A stretch of DNA of 56,803 nt, taken from the IMG/VR virus record IMGVR_UViG_3300030060_002906, positions 1 through 56,803 of that record. The stretch is one strand, 5' to 3'. A model generated the notes under the pieces. It saw only the letters and a program-made list of their open reading frames with translations, did not search any database and was not told the origin of the DNA. A program made the position numbers and the translations under genes. Below, in pieces: positions 25,519 through 35,003 of the stretch (its first letter is position 1; every line of letters begins with the position of its first letter). The stretch is from a virus. Its lineage: Duplodnaviria; Caudoviricetes.

Positions 25519-27911
25519 TAGAAGAAGATATTACAGTTGAAAATGTAGAAGATATTGAACTCAACGAAGATGCAGGAACAGAATTACCTAATCCTGATGA
25601 TCAACTTGGTGAAGTAGATGTTGAAATAGAATCACCTGGAGATGAATTAGAAGTTGAAGAAGAACCAATGCAGGAAAACTTTTATGCGAATCTTGCAGAG
25701 GAAATGGATGAAACTATTTTAGGAAGACTTGCAAGTGATTTAGTAACTGATTACAAAAACGATAAACAGTCTAGAGGTGACTGGGAAAAGTCTTACACCT
25801 CTGGCTTAGACTTATTAGGTTTTAAATACAATGATGAGTCAAGACCTTTTAGTGGTGCAAGTTCTGTTACGCATCCTTTACTTGCAGAAGCAGTAACACA
25901 ATTTCAAGCACAAGCTTATAAAGAATTGTTACCAGCACAAGGTCCTGTTAATACACAAGTATTAGGAGATGAAACTGTTGCAAGAGCAGAACAGGCAACT
26001 AGAGTAAAAGATTTTATGAATTATATGTTGACTGAAGTTATGGAAGAATACACTACAGACTTTGATCAATTATTATTCTATCTACCCTTAGCAGGTTCTG
26101 CTTTCAAAAAAATATATTATGATCAGGTATTAGACAGAGCAGTAGCTAAGTTTGTACCTGCAGAAGATTTAGTTGTTCCATACTATGCAACAGATTTAAA
26201 AGAATGTGAAAGAATTACTCATGTAGTAAAGATGAGTGAGAATGAAATTATTAAAAAACAAAGAGCAGGTTTTTATAGAGATGTTGATGTAAGTCCTTCT
26301 GCTAATAAAGATGATGATATTCAAGATAAGTATAATCAGATGGAAGGTGTTGATGATGGAGACACAAAAGACTATCAGTATAACATTTTAGAGATGCACG
26401 TAGATTTAGATATTGAAGATTACGAAAACACCTCTGATGAAAAAAATATTAAAGTACCTTACATCGTAACTATAGATGAGGGATCACAAGAGATACTTTC
26501 TATATATCGTAACTACTTAGCAAACGATCCTAAAATGAACAGAACAGAATATTTTGTGCATTATAAATTTTTACCTGGTTTGGGATTTTATGGGTTTGGT
26601 TTAATACATATGATAGGTGGTTTATCAAGAACAGCAACTGCTGCACTAAGACAATTACTTGATGCTGGAACATTATCAAACTTACCAGCTGGTTTTAAGT
26701 CAAGAGGATTAAGAATTAGAGATGATGATCAAGCTTTTCAACCTGGAGAGTTTAGAGATGTAGATGCACCAGGTGGAAATATAAAAGATCAGTTTATGAT
26801 GTTACCTTTCAAAGAGCCTAGTAACACGTTGATGCAACTTTTAGGCTTTGTAGTACAAGCTGGACAAAAATTTGCTGGTGTTATGGACATGCAAACTGGT
26901 GAAGATAAACAAAATAGAGCAGTAGGAACTACTTTAGCTCTTCTAGAACGTGGTTCTAGAGTAATGTCAGCTATACATAAACGTTGTTATTATGCAATGC
27001 GTATAGAATTTAGACTTTTAGCGTCTGTTTTTGGCACTTATTTGCCTCCAAGTTACCCTTATGCTGTAGCTGGCGGTAATCAAAACATAAAACAGATGGA
27101 TTTTGGTCCCGAAGTAGACATAATTCCAGTCGCAGACCCAAATATTTTTAGTTTATCGCAAAGAATTACACTTGCGAGTCAGCAATTACAAGTTGCACAG
27201 TCAAATCCTGAGTTGCACAACCTAAGAGAGGCTTATAGAAGAGTTTATGAGGCAATGGGAACAAAAAATATTGATAAAATACTAAAACCAGAGCCAAAAC
27301 CAACACCTCAGGACCCTGGAGCAGAAAATGCTGGTGCTTTACGTACAGCAGTTCCAGTAGCTTTTTACTTTCAGAACCATGACGCACATATAGCTGCACA
27401 TTTAGCTTTTATGAAGACAAGAATGGTGCAAGTAAACCCTATGGTTCAAGCTTTATTAAGTGCTCATATACAAGAACACATTTCTATGAAAGCTAGAGCA
27501 CAAGTTTTTATAGAAGTTAAAACAAATAGACCTGATTTAGTAGAATTAGAACAGATAGATCCTCAATCTTATTTAGCTGAAACAGAAAATATGATAGCAG
27601 AACAAATAGCAGGACTTACTGCAGAATACTTACAACAAGAAGGTGGACAACAACAAGATCCACTTGTAGCATTAAAACAAAAAGAGCTTGATTTAAGAGC
27701 TATGGACATACAAAGAAGAGCAAACGAAAATATGCAAGAAGAAAATAGAAAATCACAAGAGTTTGCAGAAAAAATAGACTTAGAAAAAATGAAAAGAGAA
27801 GATGCAGAGGAAGCAAGTAAAGAAAGAATTAGAGTAGCAGATGAAAAACTTAATTTACAAGAAATAAAAATAATGGCTGATATGGATAAGGATCAAAGAA
27901 ATGTCCAGTAA
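25515..27911 (+). CDS. portal protein (P22-like podovirus type)
   Basis: FYANLAE, HPLLAEAVTQFQAQAYKEL, LPLAGSAFKK, GFYGFGLIH, PGEFRDVD, ADPNIFS; long helical C-terminus. Confidence 0.92.
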   Translation: MIEEDITVENVEDIELNEDAGTELPNPDDQLGEVDVEIESPGDELEVEEEPMQENFYANLAEEMDETILGRLASDLVTDYKNDKQSRGDWEKSYTSGLDLLGFKYNDESRPFSGASSVTHPLLAEAVTQFQAQAYKELLPAQGPVNTQVLGDETVARAEQATRVKDFMNYMLTEVMEEYTTDFDQLLFYLPLAGSAFKKIYYDQVLDRAVAKFVPAEDLVVPYYATDLKECERITHVVKMSENEIIKKQRAGFYRDVDVSPSANKDDDIQDKYNQMEGVDDGDTKDYQYNILEMHVDLDIEDYENTSDEKNIKVPYIVTIDEGSQEILSIYRNYLANDPKMNRTEYFVHYKFLPGLGFYGFGLIHMIGGLSRTATAALRQLLDAGTLSNLPAGFKSRGLRIRDDDQAFQPGEFRDVDAPGGNIKDQFMMLPFKEPSNTLMQLLGFVVQAGQKFAGVMDMQTGEDKQNRAVGTTLALLERGSRVMSAIHKRCYYAMRIEFRLLASVFGTYLPPSYPYAVAGGNQNIKQMDFGPEVDIIPVADPNIFSLSQRITLASQQLQVAQSNPELHNLREAYRRVYEAMGTKNIDKILKPEPKPTPQDPGAENAGALRTAVPVAFYFQNHDAHIAAHLAFMKTRMVQVNPMVQALLSAHIQEHISMKARAQVFIEVKTNRPDLVELEQIDPQSYLAETENMIAEQIAGLTAEYLQQEGGQQQDPLVALKQKELDLRAMDIQRRANENMQEENRKSQEFAEKIDLEKMKREDAEEASKERIRVADEKLNLQEIKIMADMDKDQRNVQ

Positions 27912-28098
27912 AAAACTTACCACCGGAGCTCCGCCAATGAGAGGACCTACCCCTCAAGGCATAGGTTTTAACATTGGTGTTATGGTTATGATAAAAAAAC
28001 CAGGGTGTCCTCATAGAGAAAACGGAGTAGGTATGAGTGATATAAAAGGTATTAAAGATATACAAGTAAAAGGTAAAAAATTTATAGGAGTTAAATAA
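27901..28098 (+). CDS. small basic hypothetical protein
   Basis: PPMRGPTPQG; ends KGKKFIGVK, like ORF 35911 (RGTKFTGIK). Confidence 0.6.
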   Translation: MSSKKLTTGAPPMRGPTPQGIGFNIGVMVMIKKPGCPHRENGVGMSDIKGIKDIQVKGKKFIGVK

Positions 28099-28487
28099 TG
28101 GCACTTACAGCATTAATAGGACCAGCAACAAAACTTATAGGAAAATTTGTAAGAGACAAAGATAAAGCAGCTCAGTTAAGTCATGAAATATCTACTATGG
28201 CAGAAAAACATGCACAAGAGTTAGCTCTAGCTCAAATAAAATTAAACACCGAAGAAGCAAAAGGCAATTGGTTTCAATCATCGTGGAGACCATTGTGTGG
28301 ATGGATTTGTGCGCTATCGCTAGGAATAAATTTTATGGTGGCTCCGATTTGTGCAGGATTTGGTATTACTGTTCCACAAGCTGACATGTCGATCATGATG
28401 CCGCTTTTGCTCGGAATGCTAGGCATCGGCGGATTGCGTTCCCTGGACAAAATTAAAAAAGTAGATACAAAAGTTATAAAAAAATGA
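28098..28487 (+). CDS. holin, 3-TM (GTA-type) family
   Basis: LAQIKLNTEEA..NWFQSSWRPLCGWIC...LLGMLGIGGLRS. Confidence 0.85.
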   Translation: MALTALIGPATKLIGKFVRDKDKAAQLSHEISTMAEKHAQELALAQIKLNTEEAKGNWFQSSWRPLCGWICALSLGINFMVAPICAGFGITVPQADMSIMMPLLLGMLGIGGLRSLDKIKKVDTKVIKK

Positions 28488-28687
28488 AAAAAGATTTTAC
28501 GCACAGCTTAATAGATGTGGGAAGTGGTTTTTTATTAGCCATTATAATTCAAGTTTTAATTTTTCCTCTGTTTGGATTGTATCCATCTATTGTTGACAGT
28601 TTAGGAATTGCTTTGATATTTACTGTAGTATCTGTTATACGTTCAGCATTATGGAGATGGATATTTAGAAATTTTAACATAATTTAA
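28484..28687 (+). CDS. small 2-TM membrane protein
   Basis: SLIDVGSGFLLA...IFTVVSVIRS..WRWIF. Confidence 0.6.
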   Translation: MKKDFTHSLIDVGSGFLLAIIIQVLIFPLFGLYPSIVDSLGIALIFTVVSVIRSALWRWIFRNFNII

Positions 28688-28688
28688 T

Positions 28689-28877
28689 ATGCAAGATATA
28701 GATACAATACAAGATATAAGGTCAATAATTAAAAAAAGTTTAGAAAAATATAAAGAAGATGTCATTTATGGTGTAGACACAATAGAAAACTTACAATATG
28801 CTAGAGGTAAGATCAACGCATTAGAAGCGTTGCTTCAGGATTTAAACGACCTGCTAAAAAAGGAACATGATTTATGA
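28689..28877 (+). CDS. small hypothetical protein upstream of groES
   Basis: YARGKINAL helical hairpin pattern. Confidence 0.65.
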   Translation: MQDIDTIQDIRSIIKKSLEKYKEDVIYGVDTIENLQYARGKINALEALLQDLNDLLKKEHDL

Positions 28878-29275
28878 CGATGCTAAAGTTAAAAGACGAA
28901 ATTAAGATACCCAAAGGCCCAGAAGAAACAAAAACATATTTAGACACCATACCAGACCCAGTAGGGTACAGATTATTAGTTAGACCTTGGACAGGTAAAG
29001 CTAAAACAAAAGGTGGTATAATACTTACTGACAAAACACAAGAAACAAAAGAAGTCACTACTGTAGTTGGCTTAGTTGTTAAAATGGGAGAACTTTGTTA
29101 TAAAGACAAAGAAAAATTTCCTGAAGGACCTTGGTGTAAAGAAGGTCAATTTGTAATCTACGGCAGGTATGCAGGAGCCAGATTTAAAACAAATTATGGC
29201 GAACACAGAATTTTAAACGATGATGAGATTATTGGTACAATTAAAAAACCCGAGGACATCCTCGCACTATTTTAG
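28874..29275 (+). CDS. groES: co-chaperonin GroES (Cpn10)
   Basis: PVGYRLLV, KTKGGIIL mobile loop, GLVVKMG, YAG, RILNDDEIIG. Confidence 0.9.
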   Translation: MTMLKLKDEIKIPKGPEETKTYLDTIPDPVGYRLLVRPWTGKAKTKGGIILTDKTQETKEVTTVVGLVVKMGELCYKDKEKFPEGPWCKEGQFVIYGRYAGARFKTNYGEHRILNDDEIIGTIKKPEDILALF

Positions 29276-29283
29276 GAGATAGT

Positions 29284-30186
29284 ATGGCACAACAACAAGA
29301 AATAGAATTAGATACAGATAATTACGAAGAACAAGAGATTCAAGTTAAAGATAATGTAAAAGATAATACAGAAGATGCTAAGCTTGAGTCAGTTGATTTA
29401 GGTTATACTGGTCATTCAGATGCAAAAGAAGAAAAGGCTACTGTAAAGGAAGTAAAAGAAGATAATTTACAAGAACACTCTGACTCAGTTCAAAAAAGAA
29501 TAAATCAGCTTACAAGAAAAATGCGTGAAGCTGAAAGAAGAGAAAAAGCAGCTCTTGATTATGCAAAAGGTTTACAAGCTAAATATCAAAAAGTTGAAAG
29601 CACTCTTCATCAAACTGATGATGCTTATGTCAAAGAGTATGAAAACAGAGTTGATGTAGAAACAGATAAAGTTAAGACGCAGCTCCGAAATGCTATGGAA
29701 GCACAAGATTATGATAAAATGATGGACGCTAATCAGAATCTAACAAGACTTGCTGTTGAAAAAGAAAGAGCAAAATATAAAAAACAAGAATTAGATAGTA
29801 TTAAAGAACAAGAAAAACAAGAAGCAGAACAACAACCTCAGCAACCTGTGCAACCAGAGCCAAGCCCAAGAGCTCAAGAGTGGGCTGAAGATAATAATTG
29901 GTTTGGTAAAGATAAAGCAATGACAAATGCAGCTTTTGGTATACATGAAGATTTAATCCAAAAGGGGTTTGACGCAGAAAGCGAAGAGTATTATGCTGAA
30001 GTAGATAAACAAATGAGGGATTATTTCCCAAATAAGTTTGTAAAGGAACGACCAGTCCAAACTGTTGCCTCAGCAGGGCGTAAACAGCAAGGACGCAGAA
30101 CTGTGAAACTCACTCGTTCACAGGTAGCGATAGCTAAAAGTTTAGGAGTGCCAGTAGAAGAATATGCTAAATACGTGAAGGAGTAA
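29284..30186 (+). CDS. head scaffolding protein (putative)
   Basis: Acidic coiled coil, WAEDNNWFG, C-terminal LTRSQVAIAKSLGVPVEEYAK; upstream of capsid genes. Confidence 0.75.
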   Translation: MAQQQEIELDTDNYEEQEIQVKDNVKDNTEDAKLESVDLGYTGHSDAKEEKATVKEVKEDNLQEHSDSVQKRINQLTRKMREAERREKAALDYAKGLQAKYQKVESTLHQTDDAYVKEYENRVDVETDKVKTQLRNAMEAQDYDKMMDANQNLTRLAVEKERAKYKKQELDSIKEQEKQEAEQQPQQPVQPEPSPRAQEWAEDNNWFGKDKAMTNAAFGIHEDLIQKGFDAESEEYYAEVDKQMRDYFPNKFVKERPVQTVASAGRKQQGRRTVKLTRSQVAIAKSLGVPVEEYAKYVKE

Positions 30187-30189
30187 AAT

Positions 30190-30660
30190 ATGAATGATAA
30201 AATAAATAGAACCTCACGCAGTTCAAGTGAAAGAAAAGAGAGACTTAAACCTTGGACTCCTCCATCAAGTCTGGATGCACCCCCTGCACCAAAAGGCTTC
30301 AAACATCGTTGGATAAGAACAGAAAGCATTGGTTTTATGGATACTGGTAATGTATCTAAAAAACTAAGAGAAGGTTGGGAGTTCGTAAGAGCTGAAGAAA
30401 TAAAAAACCAACTTGGCGATCACGATTATCCAGTTGTGCAAGAAGGACAATATCAGGGGTTAGTCGGGGTTGGTGGCCTTGTGTTGGCAAGGATACCTGA
30501 AGAAATAGTCGAGCAGCGCAAAAAATATTTTAAAGATATTACAGCAGATCAAGTAAAATCCGTTGATAACGATATTTTAAGGGAACAACGTCCCGAGATG
30601 CCTGTCAATATAGACAGACAAACAAGGGTAAGTTTTGGAGGCTCTCGTAAAGGGAGTTAA
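30190..30660 (+). CDS. conserved head-module protein
   Basis: WTPPSSLDAPP...HRWIR...KLREGWEFV...VGGLVLARIP. Confidence 0.7.
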   Translation: MNDKINRTSRSSSERKERLKPWTPPSSLDAPPAPKGFKHRWIRTESIGFMDTGNVSKKLREGWEFVRAEEIKNQLGDHDYPVVQEGQYQGLVGVGGLVLARIPEEIVEQRKKYFKDITADQVKSVDNDILREQRPEMPVNIDRQTRVSFGGSRKGS

Positions 30661-30689
30661 TTATTAATTTTTTATGAAGGAAATAAAAT

Positions 30690-31343
30690 ATGGCTAATGT
30701 AAATGTGGCTTTTGGTTTGAGACCTCTTGCAAAGTTGGGATCAAACTATAATAGTACAGGTACTACTGAATACAGAATAGCCTCTGATAACTCCAATAGA
30801 ATTTACCAAGGGTCGCCTGTTATTCCATTAGCTGCAGGGGTCATCGATATAGTCGGTGCTGCTGCTGGGGGAAGTGTGGCGTATTTGGGAGTTTTCTATG
30901 GGTGTGAGTACGTTTCAGCTAGTACAGGAGAAGTAGTATTCTCCAATCAATGGAAAGGTTCTTCTGCTGATGCAGATAGTAACCATCCTGTTAAGGCATT
31001 CGTTTATGACGATCCTAATCAACTATTTGTTATCGCTGGCGATGCTGGTGGAAGCAGTTTTGATACTGAATCAGAAATAAGAGCAGGTATTTTTTCAAAT
31101 GCTCCTATGGCAAATGGTAACGCTGGTAATAACACTACTGGTATATCCACTGCTGTTTTAGATACAAGTGGTATAGCAACTACAGCAACTTTAGGTTTAA
31201 GAATTGTTGGAATACAAGATGATCCTGATAACTCTGATTTTACTGCTGCTGGTATACCTTTTATTGTCAGAATTAATGCTCACTTTAATGCGAATGCTTC
31301 AAGATTCGATTCTGAAACAACTTCGCTGTCAACTGGTATATAG
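30690..31343 (+). CDS. capsid-associated structural (decoration/minor capsid) protein
   Basis: MAN..AFGLRP, GVFYGCEY, VYDDP; directly before the MCP. Confidence 0.7.
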   Translation: MANVNVAFGLRPLAKLGSNYNSTGTTEYRIASDNSNRIYQGSPVIPLAAGVIDIVGAAAGGSVAYLGVFYGCEYVSASTGEVVFSNQWKGSSADADSNHPVKAFVYDDPNQLFVIAGDAGGSSFDTESEIRAGIFSNAPMANGNAGNNTTGISTAVLDTSGIATTATLGLRIVGIQDDPDNSDFTAAGIPFIVRINAHFNANASRFDSETTSLSTGI

Positions 31344-31354
31344 GAGATTAATTT

Positions 31355-32266
31355 ATGGCAATATCTAGAGCACAATTAGTAAAAGAGTTAGAACCAGGCT
31401 TGAACGCACTTTTCGGTCTGGAATATAACAGGTATGAAAATGAACACGCAGAAATTTTTACAGCAGAGGCATCTGACAGAGCTTTTGAAGAAGAAGTAAT
31501 GTTAAGTGGATTTGGCTCAGCTCCAGTAAAACCTGAGGGTCAAGCAGTACAATTTGATGACGCAAATGAGTCATTTACTGCAAGATATACTCACGAAACT
31601 GTAGCTATGGCTTTCGCTATAACAGAAGAAGCAATTGAAGATAATCTATATGATAGATTAGCTGCAAGATATACAAGAGCTTTGGCAAGAAGTATGTCTA
31701 ATACAAAGCAAGTAAAAGCTGCTAATGTTCTTAATAACGCATTTAACAGTTCGTTTACTGGTGGTGATGGGGTTGAACTATGTTCAGATGCTCATCCACT
31801 ATTAAGTGGCGGAACTTTTAGAAATGAGTTGTCTACAGCTGCCGACTTATCAGAGACATCACTTGAACAAGCAATGATTGACATTGCTGCTTTTGTTGAT
31901 GAAAGAGGTCTAAAGATTTCTACTCAAGGTGTAAAGTTGATAATTCCAAAAGAATTACAATTTACTGCTGAGAGAATTTTAAGATCACCTCAAAGAGTTG
32001 GTACAGCAGACAATGATATTAATGCTATGGCTTCAATGGGAATGATTCCACAAGGTTATAGAATTAATCATTTCTTAACTGACACTGATGCTTTCTTCAT
32101 TATGACTGATGCTCCTAACGGACTAAAACAGTTTGTTAGAAGTCCAATCAAGACAGCTATCGAAGGCGACTTTGATACTGGTAATGTAAGATTCAAAGCA
32201 AGAGAGAGATATTCATTTGGATTCTCCGATCCAAGAGGTATTTTTGGCTCACCTGGTGCAGCTTAA
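31355..32266 (+). CDS. major capsid protein (Mu gpT-like, HK97 fold)
   Basis: MAISRAQLVKELEPGLNALFGLEY, ITEEAIEDNLY, KARERYSFGFSDPRGIFGSPG; followed by a strong terminator. Confidence 0.92.
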   Translation: MAISRAQLVKELEPGLNALFGLEYNRYENEHAEIFTAEASDRAFEEEVMLSGFGSAPVKPEGQAVQFDDANESFTARYTHETVAMAFAITEEAIEDNLYDRLAARYTRALARSMSNTKQVKAANVLNNAFNSSFTGGDGVELCSDAHPLLSGGTFRNELSTAADLSETSLEQAMIDIAAFVDERGLKISTQGVKLIIPKELQFTAERILRSPQRVGTADNDINAMASMGMIPQGYRINHFLTDTDAFFIMTDAPNGLKQFVRSPIKTAIEGDFDTGNVRFKARERYSFGFSDPRGIFGSPGAA

Positions 32267-32284
32267 AATCTTCTTAAATAAACT

Positions 32285-32315
32285 AAAAGAAGGGGCTTAC
32301 GAGGCCCCTTTTTTT
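32285..32315 (+). terminator. intrinsic terminator after the MCP
   Basis: AAGGGGCTT-acg-AGGCCCCTT then a T run; upstream A-rich stretch suggests it may be bidirectional. Confidence 0.88.
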
Positions 32316-32331
32316 ATGATAGAATTAATTT

Positions 32332-32400
32332 ACCAAGATTAATAACGGATATAGACTGGCTTGGCAGATAACCTAGAAAACTATATCTACAACTAGGAGA
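32332..32400 (+). ncRNA. pseudoknotted RNA element downstream of the MCP (Mu-gpT-DE-like motif)
   Basis: Crossing pairings CCAAG/CTTGG, GGATATAG/CTATATCT and CCTAG/CTAGG; extended -10 TGaTAGAAT just upstream. Confidence 0.55.
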
Positions 32401-32405
32401 AAATT

Positions 32406-33026
32406 ATGGGAACAACAACTTTTTCAGGACCAGTCAGATCCGAAAATGGATTTCAAACTGTGTCAAAAAATGTAACCACTGGTGCAATTACTGTAACAAG
32501 TGGAGATAAAATGGCAGTTGAAGCTACTGGTGGTGCAGGTATCGAAGGCACAGCAGCAGTTTATGTAACTCAAGTAAACAGACTAAAAAGTGATGTAACT
32601 ACAAATGTTAATATTGTTAAAACAACAATTATGATTGATTTAACTGGTCTTAAAGATGGTGGAACTGCTGGTGACATTATCGGTAAAGATGGATCTGGTG
32701 TTGCTTTTATTGGTCAAGTTACAACTGCTAACCAAGGAACTGTTTTTGGCGTAACTATGACTTGTCTTGAAACACCTGCTGGTGGCGATACAGATATTGA
32801 TTTGTTTTCTGCAACTGAAGGTACTGGTGTTAATGACACAGCCATAGGTGATCTTACTGAAACTCAAATTATAAATGCCGGTGCAGCCTCAGCTGGAACA
32901 GTAGTTGCTGGTGGCGATATAGCAGCAGATCAGTTTTTATATTTAGTTAGCCAAGGCACAGGTGATGCAACTTATACAGCTGGACGTTTTCTAATAGAAA
33001 TTACTGGCTTTGATGCAGCTAGCTAA
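32406..33026 (+). CDS. virion structural protein (head fibre/decoration-like)
   Basis: MGTTTFSGPVRS N-terminus; Thr/Gly/Ala-rich beta protein after the MCP. Confidence 0.7.
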   Translation: MGTTTFSGPVRSENGFQTVSKNVTTGAITVTSGDKMAVEATGGAGIEGTAAVYVTQVNRLKSDVTTNVNIVKTTIMIDLTGLKDGGTAGDIIGKDGSGVAFIGQVTTANQGTVFGVTMTCLETPAGGDTDIDLFSATEGTGVNDTAIGDLTETQIINAGAASAGTVVAGGDIAADQFLYLVSQGTGDATYTAGRFLIEITGFDAAS

Positions 33027-33038
33027 TAGGAGATTATT

Positions 33039-33347
33039 ATGAACTCAGATATAGGAGCAAAAACTCTTACCTCGACTGGTACAATACAGTCTGGTAGAAC
33101 AAGATTGCTATCTATCTATTATGTAGGTCATGCTTCAGCTGGAAGTTTAACTTTTAAGGATGGTGGAGCTAGTGGTACACAGAAATTAGTTATCGCTACC
33201 CCAGCATCAAGTGCAGCTGATCAATATCAAGTGGATATGCCTTTAGATGGTATTTTATTTAAAACGGATATGCACTTGACTATTAGTAACGTAACCTCTG
33301 TTACAATTTTTGTAACACCGATTACGGCTGATACTGATAATGGATAA
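33039..33347 (+). CDS. small structural protein
   Basis: Beta-rich, MPLDGILF motif; RBS aggag. Confidence 0.65.
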   Translation: MNSDIGAKTLTSTGTIQSGRTRLLSIYYVGHASAGSLTFKDGGASGTQKLVIATPASSAADQYQVDMPLDGILFKTDMHLTISNVTSVTIFVTPITADTDNG

Positions 33348-33648
33348 TTATACAGCAGATTTAATAGGTCTTAAAAGGGGAGGTATGCCTCCCCGAAACA
33401 AGAAAAACTTTAGACCAACTAAAGCTGGTGCAGGTATGACAAAAGCAGGAGTTGCTGCTTATCGTAGAAAAAACCCTGGATCTAAATTACAAACTGCCGT
33501 TACTGGTAAAGTAAAACCAGGAAGCAAAGATGCAAAAAGACGTAAATCATTTTGTGCAAGAAGTGCTGGACAAATGAAAAAATTTCCTAAGGCAGCAAAA
33601 GATCCTAATTCAAGATTGCGTCAAGCAAGGCGTAGATGGAAGTGTTAA
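33340..33648 (+). CDS. basic protein, DUF6321-like
   Basis: GMTKAGVAAYRRKNPGSKL...RRKSFCARS...SRLRQARRRWKC; N-terminal GLKRGG tag. Confidence 0.7.
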   Translation: MDNYTADLIGLKRGGMPPRNKKNFRPTKAGAGMTKAGVAAYRRKNPGSKLQTAVTGKVKPGSKDAKRRKSFCARSAGQMKKFPKAAKDPNSRLRQARRRWKC

Positions 33649-34110
33649 ATGAAACTATCAGATAATTTTAGCTTACACGAATTTACAAGATCACAAACAG
33701 CCTTAAGACACAATATTGATAACACACCTAGTGATAAACAAATTTTTAATTTACGTAACTTGTGTGTAAATGTTTTACAGCCAGTAAGAGATTATTTTAT
33801 GAAACCTATGATTATTAGCTCTGGATTTAGATGTGCAGAGTTAAATCTTAAGATCGGCGGAAGTATTACCTCACAACATGTGCAGGGTCAAGCGGCGGAC
33901 ATCGAAGTTTTAGAAGTAGGTAATTTAGAACTAAGTGATTGGATTCATACTAATTTAAAGTATGATCAATTAATATTAGAGTTTCACAATCCAGAAAAAG
34001 ATCCTCATTCTGGATGGGTACATGTTTCTTACAACACAGATGAAAATAGATATGAATATAAAGAAGCATATAAAAATAAAGAAGGGAAAACAAGGTACAG
34101 GTTAAGATAA
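33649..34110 (+). CDS. peptidase M15A endolysin
   Basis: LSDNFSLHEF, ISSGFRC, SQHVQGQAAD, WVHVS (Zn-ligand H/D/H). Confidence 0.9.
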   Translation: MKLSDNFSLHEFTRSQTALRHNIDNTPSDKQIFNLRNLCVNVLQPVRDYFMKPMIISSGFRCAELNLKIGGSITSQHVQGQAADIEVLEVGNLELSDWIHTNLKYDQLILEFHNPEKDPHSGWVHVSYNTDENRYEYKEAYKNKEGKTRYRLR

Positions 34111-34253
34111 TGGCAATGAATAGAGGAAGTATGAGAAAACAAATTACTAAAGGACCTATGAAAAGAAAAGTAGGTTTATATAGTAAAGGTAAAAGAGTAA
34201 GAATAGTACAAGGTAATAAAAACAAATCAAAGAGCAGGTTATTTACACGATGA
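34110..34253 (+). CDS. 47-aa basic peptide (not in the ORF track)
   Basis: TAATG coupling; MAMNRGSMRKQITKGP... Confidence 0.55.
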   Translation: MAMNRGSMRKQITKGPMKRKVGLYSKGKRVRIVQGNKNKSKSRLFTR

Positions 34254-34286
34254 CTGCACTACTTTATAATGATAACAGGAGGTCTT

Positions 34287-34715
34287 ATGACTAAATTATG
34301 TCCGAGAGGAAAAGCAGCTGCTAAAAGAAAATTTAAGGTTTATCCCAGTGCGTACGCTAATGCCTACGCATCAAAGGTTTGTGCAGGCAAAGCAAAAGAT
34401 GATAGGGGTGTAAAAAGAAAAGATTTTAAAGGACCTAAACCATCTGGTGAAGGTGGTACTGGTGCTGCAGCAAGAAGAATTAGAAAAGCAGGATTAGGTC
34501 TGATGATGTTAGCAGGCAAAAAAAATAGAAGAAAAGTTAGAGATGAAATGAAAGATAATAATCTTCAAATGGTATCTCCAGGTTTATACGCTATGTCAAA
34601 TTTAAGTGAGGGTGGTACTCCTGAGTCCACAGGTTCCTATTTACAACAAGATATTGACGGAGAAAGTTTTACTAATCCATCAGCACAAAATTATTACAAA
34701 GGAATGATTGACTAA
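34287..34715 (+). CDS. basic protein (YPSAYA motif)
   Basis: RBS aggagg; LCPRGKAAAKRKFKVYPSAYANAYA; LSEGG tag. Confidence 0.65.
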   Translation: MTKLCPRGKAAAKRKFKVYPSAYANAYASKVCAGKAKDDRGVKRKDFKGPKPSGEGGTGAAARRIRKAGLGLMMLAGKKNRRKVRDEMKDNNLQMVSPGLYAMSNLSEGGTPESTGSYLQQDIDGESFTNPSAQNYYKGMID

Positions 34716-34993
34716 TGTCTCTTAAAAAATGGTTTGACCAAAAATGGGTTGACATTGGCAGTAAAAGAAAAGATGGGTCATTTGCACCATGTGGTAGAAG
34801 TAAACAAAAAGCAGATGCTAAAAGAAAATATCCTAAATGTGTTCCTCTAGCAAAAGCCAGAAGAATGTCTGAAGGACAAAGAAGAAGTGCAGTAAAAAGA
34901 AAAAGAGCAAAGGCTCAGGGAGTTGGAGGTAAACCAACAAACGTGAGTACGTTTACAAAGAAATACTATGGTGGTATGATTAACGTTAACTAG
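34715..34993 (+). CDS. basic protein (DUF5872-like)
   Basis: SLKKWFDQKWVD...CGR...YPKCVP; ends KYYGGMIN. Confidence 0.65.
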   Translation: MSLKKWFDQKWVDIGSKRKDGSFAPCGRSKQKADAKRKYPKCVPLAKARRMSEGQRRSAVKRKRAKAQGVGGKPTNVSTFTKKYYGGMINVN

Positions 34994-35003
34994 GAGAATA
35001 GAT

